64,000 bases of DNA from Escherichia phage vB_EcoM_G2248, in sequence record MK327932.1. One strand, given 5' to 3'. Shown here one piece after another: positions 60,713 through 64,000 of the stretch. The first letter of the stretch is position 1; every line of letters starts with the position of its first letter. A program made the translations under genes and the position numbers. Below the pieces are notes generated by a model. It did not search any database, had not been told where the DNA came from, and was given only the letters and a program-made list of their open reading frames with translations.

Positions 60713-60886
60713 TATAAAATTATTTGTTAATTTCTGGTGCGTTGCTAGGATAGTAACCTTCTTTAACTCCGAGGTATTTCGCAACCATCCCTACAATCTT
60801 CTGTGCTACTACAATGTCAAATTTCAGATAATCTTCGCCGTGGGTTTCAATGATATATGCTTCACATGCTGCTTTAGTCTCGAACA
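60713..60886 (-). CDS. small hypothetical early protein (57 aa)
   Basis: ATG behind conserved leader/RBS; below ORF-track cutoff. Confidence 0.4.
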
Positions 60887-60920
60887 TTTTGATTCTCCTA
60901 TTTCGTTTCGGTATGTGTGT

Positions 60921-60949
60921 AGTATAGGGGATCTCCCGATCCCCGTCAA
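60921..60949 (-). promoter_or_regulatory. sigma70-type early promoter (TTGACG-N17-TATACT, minus strand)
   Basis: same cassette architecture and leader as the other copies. Confidence 0.5.
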
Positions 60950-60963
60950 CAACTTTTTTAAAA

Positions 60964-61245
60964 TTATTCGTGATTAGTTTCGATGTTGTGCATTTTGCAC
61001 CAGTTCAGCCAATCACCCAGATCCTGATAGTTAATGCTTTTATCTGCTGCCATCGTTTTTGTCTTGATACCCATATGTGCGTTATGAGTAAGCATTTTTA
61101 CAGTGAACTCGATTTTATCGCCTTTAGCTTTAACATCAACCAGTTTGGTCCACTGGCTACCAGCGCCGCGAATGTTCATGCCAACGATGTTTCCGATGTA
61201 TGCTTCTTTGTTTTTCATGATTTCGGTTGCTTTGATGAATTTCAT
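60964..61245 (-). CDS. hypothetical 93-aa early protein
   Basis: ORF behind promoter cassette. Confidence 0.5.
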   Translation of the reverse strand: MKFIKATEIMKNKEAYIGNIVGMNIRGAGSQWTKLVDVKAKGDKIEFTVKMLTHNAHMGIKTKTMAADKSINYQDLGDWLNWCKMHNIETNHE

Positions 61246-61278
61246 TTTTGATTCTCCAATTCGTTTCGGTATGGGTGT

Positions 61279-61307
61279 ATTATGCTATGTTCTTACTTTG
61301 GTGTCAA
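61279..61307 (-). promoter_or_regulatory. sigma70-type early promoter (TTGACA-N17-CATAAT, minus strand)
   Basis: plus strand attatg..tgtcaa; conserved leader. Confidence 0.6.
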
Positions 61308-61314
61308 CAACTTT

Positions 61315-61584
61315 TTAGATATTTTCAGAAATAAATTTTAAAACTTGACGTAAATGTTTCTCATCTTTGATAGTCGCCGGAAGTTCTTCTTTTACTTCTT
61401 GTGCAAGATAGATATTTCCGTTCCAAGTGAAAGATCCGTCTTCGTTTACGCGATAGCTGAACATCCACTCGCAATCATTTTCGATTTCATATACACACAG
61501 AAGGGTGTAATCGTTAAAGCTATTGATTTCAAGGTCGAAGCCGTGACGTTTTGCAAAGTTGGTAGTGGTTTTAGTCAGTACCAT
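61315..61584 (-). CDS. hypothetical 89-aa early protein
   Basis: ORF behind promoter cassette. Confidence 0.5.
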   Translation of the reverse strand: MVLTKTTTNFAKRHGFDLEINSFNDYTLLCVYEIENDCEWMFSYRVNEDGSFTWNGNIYLAQEVKEELPATIKDEKHLRQVLKFISENI

Positions 61585-61624
61585 TGTTTGATTCTCCTAA
61601 GTGGTATCTCGTTTCGATGGTTGT

Positions 61625-61653
61625 ATTATGCTATACACAGGATCTGGTGTCAA
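61625..61653 (-). promoter_or_regulatory. sigma70-type early promoter (TTGACA-N17-CATAAT, minus strand)
   Basis: plus strand attatg..tgtcaa; conserved leader. Confidence 0.6.
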
Positions 61654-61678
61654 TACCTTTTTTAAAAATTTTGGCAAT

Positions 61679-61708
61679 AAAAAAGCCGACACTAAGGTCG
61701 GCTAATAA
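61679..61708 (-). terminator. rho-independent terminator (minus strand) after gene 61711-62019
   Basis: reverse complement agccgaccttagtgtcggc followed by TTTTTTATT. Confidence 0.65.
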
Positions 61709-61710
61709 AA

Positions 61711-62019
61711 TCAACGAGATAGATAATCGTTTTGCGCGATCTGGTCGGCGTATGCTGGTGTTACGTCAATCGCCAGCACTTTAACGCGTGCTTTCTTGCG
61801 ACCTGGGTTTTCTCGTAACCAGTGCTCATGACCGTGAACATTTTTATACTGCGATGCTTCTTCGAAGGTACGGATCGGACCTGGGTAATCAGCGTAAAGG
61901 ATCTCTAGATCTTCGGTGATGTAAAAATATACATCGTAATTGCTGTTCTCTAGCTTAAGCAGAGACTTTCGGAACATTGGGAGATTTTCGCGGGTAAATT
62001 CAAAGATATTATCTTTCAT
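61711..62019 (-). CDS. small early protein, HxHW-family paralog 1
   Basis: HGHEHW and VLAIDVT motifs shared with three downstream paralogs. Confidence 0.5.
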   Translation of the reverse strand: MKDNIFEFTRENLPMFRKSLLKLENSNYDVYFYITEDLEILYADYPGPIRTFEEASQYKNVHGHEHWLRENPGRKKARVKVLAIDVTPAYADQIAQNDYLSR

Positions 62020-62045
62020 AGTATTATCCTCAATAGTTGGATGAA

Positions 62046-62072
62046 AAGGGGGGGGGGGGCTTAATGCCCCGT
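62046..62072 (-). terminator. terminator hairpin containing a 12-nt G/C homopolymer tract
   Basis: minus strand reads ggggcattaagcccc + C-run + TTTT; G12 at 62048-62059 on plus. Confidence 0.45.
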
Positions 62073-62075
62073 ATA

Positions 62076-62363
62076 TTAAAACAGTCCTTCCTGTACACCG
62101 TAGTAGAGTTCATCGCTGATAATTTCATTAATGCGACGGTGTGCATATTCCTGATTTGCGAAGTTGTCAGCAAGTTCTACTTTAGTTTCGCCGTCATGAG
62201 TCCATTTAGTGATAACTTTACCATCTGCAAATTTGAAGTTGAACTCTTTAGCTACCGCATCGCGTACCAGACGTGCAAACTTATTGTTGCGGATTGCATT
62301 GTCGGTTTCGTGTGCAGCGTGAGCGAATTTGTTAACTTTCAGAGTGATAGTAATGTATGCCAT
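62076..62363 (-). CDS. hypothetical 95-aa early protein
   Basis: ORF behind promoter cassette 62410-62438. Confidence 0.5.
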   Translation of the reverse strand: MAYITITLKVNKFAHAAHETDNAIRNNKFARLVRDAVAKEFNFKFADGKVITKWTHDGETKVELADNFANQEYAHRRINEIISDELYYGVQEGLF

Positions 62364-62409
62364 AATTTGATTCTCCTAGTTAGAAAGTGTATCTCGTTTC
62401 GATGGGGAT

Positions 62410-62438
62410 ATTATGCTATATCCCCGATCCGGTGTCAA
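62410..62438 (-). promoter_or_regulatory. sigma70-type early promoter (TTGACA-N17-CATAAT, minus strand)
   Basis: plus strand attatg..tgtcaa; conserved leader. Confidence 0.6.
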
Positions 62439-62444
62439 CACTTT

Positions 62445-62723
62445 TTATAAAATAATTTTTTGATATTTTTCTATGATGTTCGTGTAAGTCACATCAACCG
62501 CTAGCACCGTTGCTTCGAATCCACCGTTTAGCCAATGGCTATGATCATGATCGTGAAAGAAACCTAGACCAGTACGAAGACCTTCTTTATATTCTGCGCG
62601 TACATTCAGTTTGTCGTCGATAAACAGATAAAACCATGAATTTTTACTAGGATTGATGATACAACCTTTCAGATTAGGGAGAATATCACGACTAAGAATA
62701 AACTTATCACCTACTTTGAACAT
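62445..62723 (-). CDS. small early protein, HxHW-family paralog 2
   Basis: start at ATG ~62723 (GAGGA RBS); HDHSHW, VLAVDVT. Confidence 0.5.
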   Translation of the reverse strand: MFKVGDKFILSRDILPNLKGCIINPSKNSWFYLFIDDKLNVRAEYKEGLRTGLGFFHDHDHSHWLNGGFEATVLAVDVTYTNIIEKYQKIIL

Positions 62724-62737
62724 AATATTTTCCTCAC

Positions 62738-63046
62738 TTATAAAGTTTGACCGTTGTTTTTCGCGTAATGCTGAATGCGTGCTTGATCTGCTTCCGCTGG
62801 TGATAGATTCCATGCGATCACTACAACTTCTGGCGCATCATGATCATTATCACTTACCCAATGATTATGATTCATACAATTGTTTGCTATCGCGTGAGCA
62901 AATGATCTCATTACCGGAGACGTATAATCATAGTAACGGATTTTCAGATTTTCATCAACGTACAAGTAGATCGTATACGGCTTATATTCAGTAACCAGTA
63001 ACAGACAGTTACGCAATTCTGGGAAAATCTTTTTAGTTAATTTCAT
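62738..63046 (-). CDS. small early protein, HxHW-family paralog 3
   Basis: start at ATG ~63046 (GAGGA RBS); NHNHW, VVIAWNL. Confidence 0.5.
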   Translation of the reverse strand: MKLTKKIFPELRNCLLLVTEYKPYTIYLYVDENLKIRYYDYTSPVMRSFAHAIANNCMNHNHWVSDNDHDAPEVVVIAWNLSPAEADQARIQHYAKNNGQTL

Positions 63047-63047
63047 T

Positions 63048-63266
63048 TTATAATCCTCGGTCGCGGCTATAGTACACGGTACGCCATACAATTTCATGTT
63101 TCGTGTCGCTCCAGCACACGATCTCATTTACTCTTAAATCTTTGTTATCAACAAAAGATGAACATTGTGACGCTTCTTTCATCATTTTATCTGCTGTTTT
63201 CTCATCAAATACAGCACAGATTTCTTTATACACTCGATAATCTTTGAATTGACTCTGGATACCCAT
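63048..63266 (-). CDS. small early protein, FKDY-family paralog 1
   Basis: FKDYRVYKEI..KMMKEASQCSSF; in-frame ATG at 63266 preferred over GTG at 63278. Confidence 0.45.
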   Translation of the reverse strand: MGIQSQFKDYRVYKEICAVFDEKTADKMMKEASQCSSFVDNKDLRVNEIVCWSDTKHEIVWRTVYYSRDRGL

Positions 63267-63268
63267 AA

Positions 63269-63478
63269 TTAACACCACTCAAGAGTTTTTGAAAACACAT
63301 CTATCCATTGTTGAGTATATGCGGTTTCTTTCCATGAGACAATACCAGTAGAATAATGGTTTTTGTTTCCAGAAAAGGACGGGCATTTTGATGCATCTTC
63401 CATCATCTTTTCGGCGAACTCTGGTTCGTATACTCGCAAGATCTGTTGATATGCTTTATAATCTTTAAATTTGCTCAT
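63269..63478 (-). CDS. small early protein, FKDY-family paralog 2
   Basis: FKDYKAYQQI..KMMEDASKCPSF aligns with neighbouring paralog. Confidence 0.45.
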   Translation of the reverse strand: MSKFKDYKAYQQILRVYEPEFAEKMMEDASKCPSFSGNKNHYSTGIVSWKETAYTQQWIDVFSKTLEWC

Positions 63479-63743
63479 AATCGTTAACTACCTTATCAGC
63501 TTCTTTTATTGTTTTTACATCAACTGCGATAACCCGTAAAGGTTCGTCATGGTTCCACCAATGATCGTGAATATCGGCTTGTGATTTATCACCAAAGGAA
63601 TCACGAATATCATTTTTACATTTATAGCTAATGTGACCGTCATAGTCAACATAAAGGTAATTATCGAAAATCGGCGTTTTTAAGATCATACCGAAAAATC
63701 TTTCTTTGTGTGTCTTATCCAGCGTTGCAGTAATTCGCATCAT
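63465..63743 (-). CDS. small early protein, HxHW-family paralog 4
   Basis: IHDHWW, VIAVDVKT. Confidence 0.5.
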   Translation of the reverse strand: MMRITATLDKTHKERFFGMILKTPIFDNYLYVDYDGHISYKCKNDIRDSFGDKSQADIHDHWWNHDEPLRVIAVDVKTIKEADKVVNDYEQI

Positions 63744-63754
63744 AATATATTCCT

Positions 63755-63934
63755 CTTAGAAAGGGATGGTCATTTCTTGAGCTTGTACATTCTCGTTAGG
63801 ATTAAACTTCATCCAACCGATATTGTCTACCAGCATATGTACATTTTTATCATATCCTACTTGAGTAGTCAACACTAAATGTGCTTTACCTTCAACGATG
63901 ATTTCCATGTACTTCTGAACTTCGATAGCTTTCA
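63755..63934 (-). CDS. small hypothetical early protein (59 aa)
   Basis: ATG behind conserved leader/RBS at 63935-63950; below ORF-track cutoff. Confidence 0.4.
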
Positions 63935-63967
63935 TTTTGATTCTCCGTTTGTTGTCTTGATGGGAGT

Positions 63968-63996
63968 ATCTTACTACTCCCTTTAATCATTGTCAA
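63968..63996 (-). promoter_or_regulatory. probable early promoter (TTGACA with weak -10 TAAGAT, minus strand) at window edge
   Basis: tgtcaa at 63991-63996; -10 is a poor match. Confidence 0.35.
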
Positions 63997-64000
63997 CGAT

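Noticed and set aside
58504-64000. Possible CRISPR-like array because of repeated ~70-bp units
   Set aside because: The repeats are promoter-leader-RBS cassettes, each followed by a protein-coding ORF; spacing equals gene length and is irregular, and there are no short uniform spacers.

Overview
This window is a segment of a T4-like (Tevenvirinae-type) myovirus genome. It carries the late structural/morphogenesis module in near-canonical T4 order: a probable gene 3 fragment, 2, 4, 53, 5, 5.1-like, 5.4, 6-12, wac, 13-20, 67, 68, 21-24, then hoc-like genes, uvsW, uvsW.1, uvsY, 25, 26, 51, 27-29, 48, 54 and alt, followed by a minus-strand cluster of small early genes (58.3-64 kb). Calls rest on motifs read directly from the translations plus gene size and synteny; no database search was possible, so family names are pattern-based. 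Late genes sit behind TATAAATA late-promoter boxes and hairpin terminators; early genes sit behind a recurring TTGACA-N17-(T/C)ATAAT promoter and conserved leader. No rRNA, tRNA or CRISPR array was found. Several accessory insertions interrupt the conserved backbone and are the main candidates for anything novel: (1) a three-gene cassette with an orphan NPPF amino-methyltransferase between gp8 and gp9; (2) an early operon encoding a stand-alone DUF262 (ParB/Srx-like) protein, a zinc-finger protein and a minimal C5-methyltransferase-like protein; (3) a zinc-ribbon-repeat / GIY-YIG-like nuclease gene plus a small coiled-coil ORF between gene 3 and gene 2; (4) a late-promoter module of fibre-like proteins between gp23 and gp24; (5) two tandem Hoc-like multi-Ig proteins and a DprA/Smf-like protein. 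All coordinates are plus-strand window coordinates.
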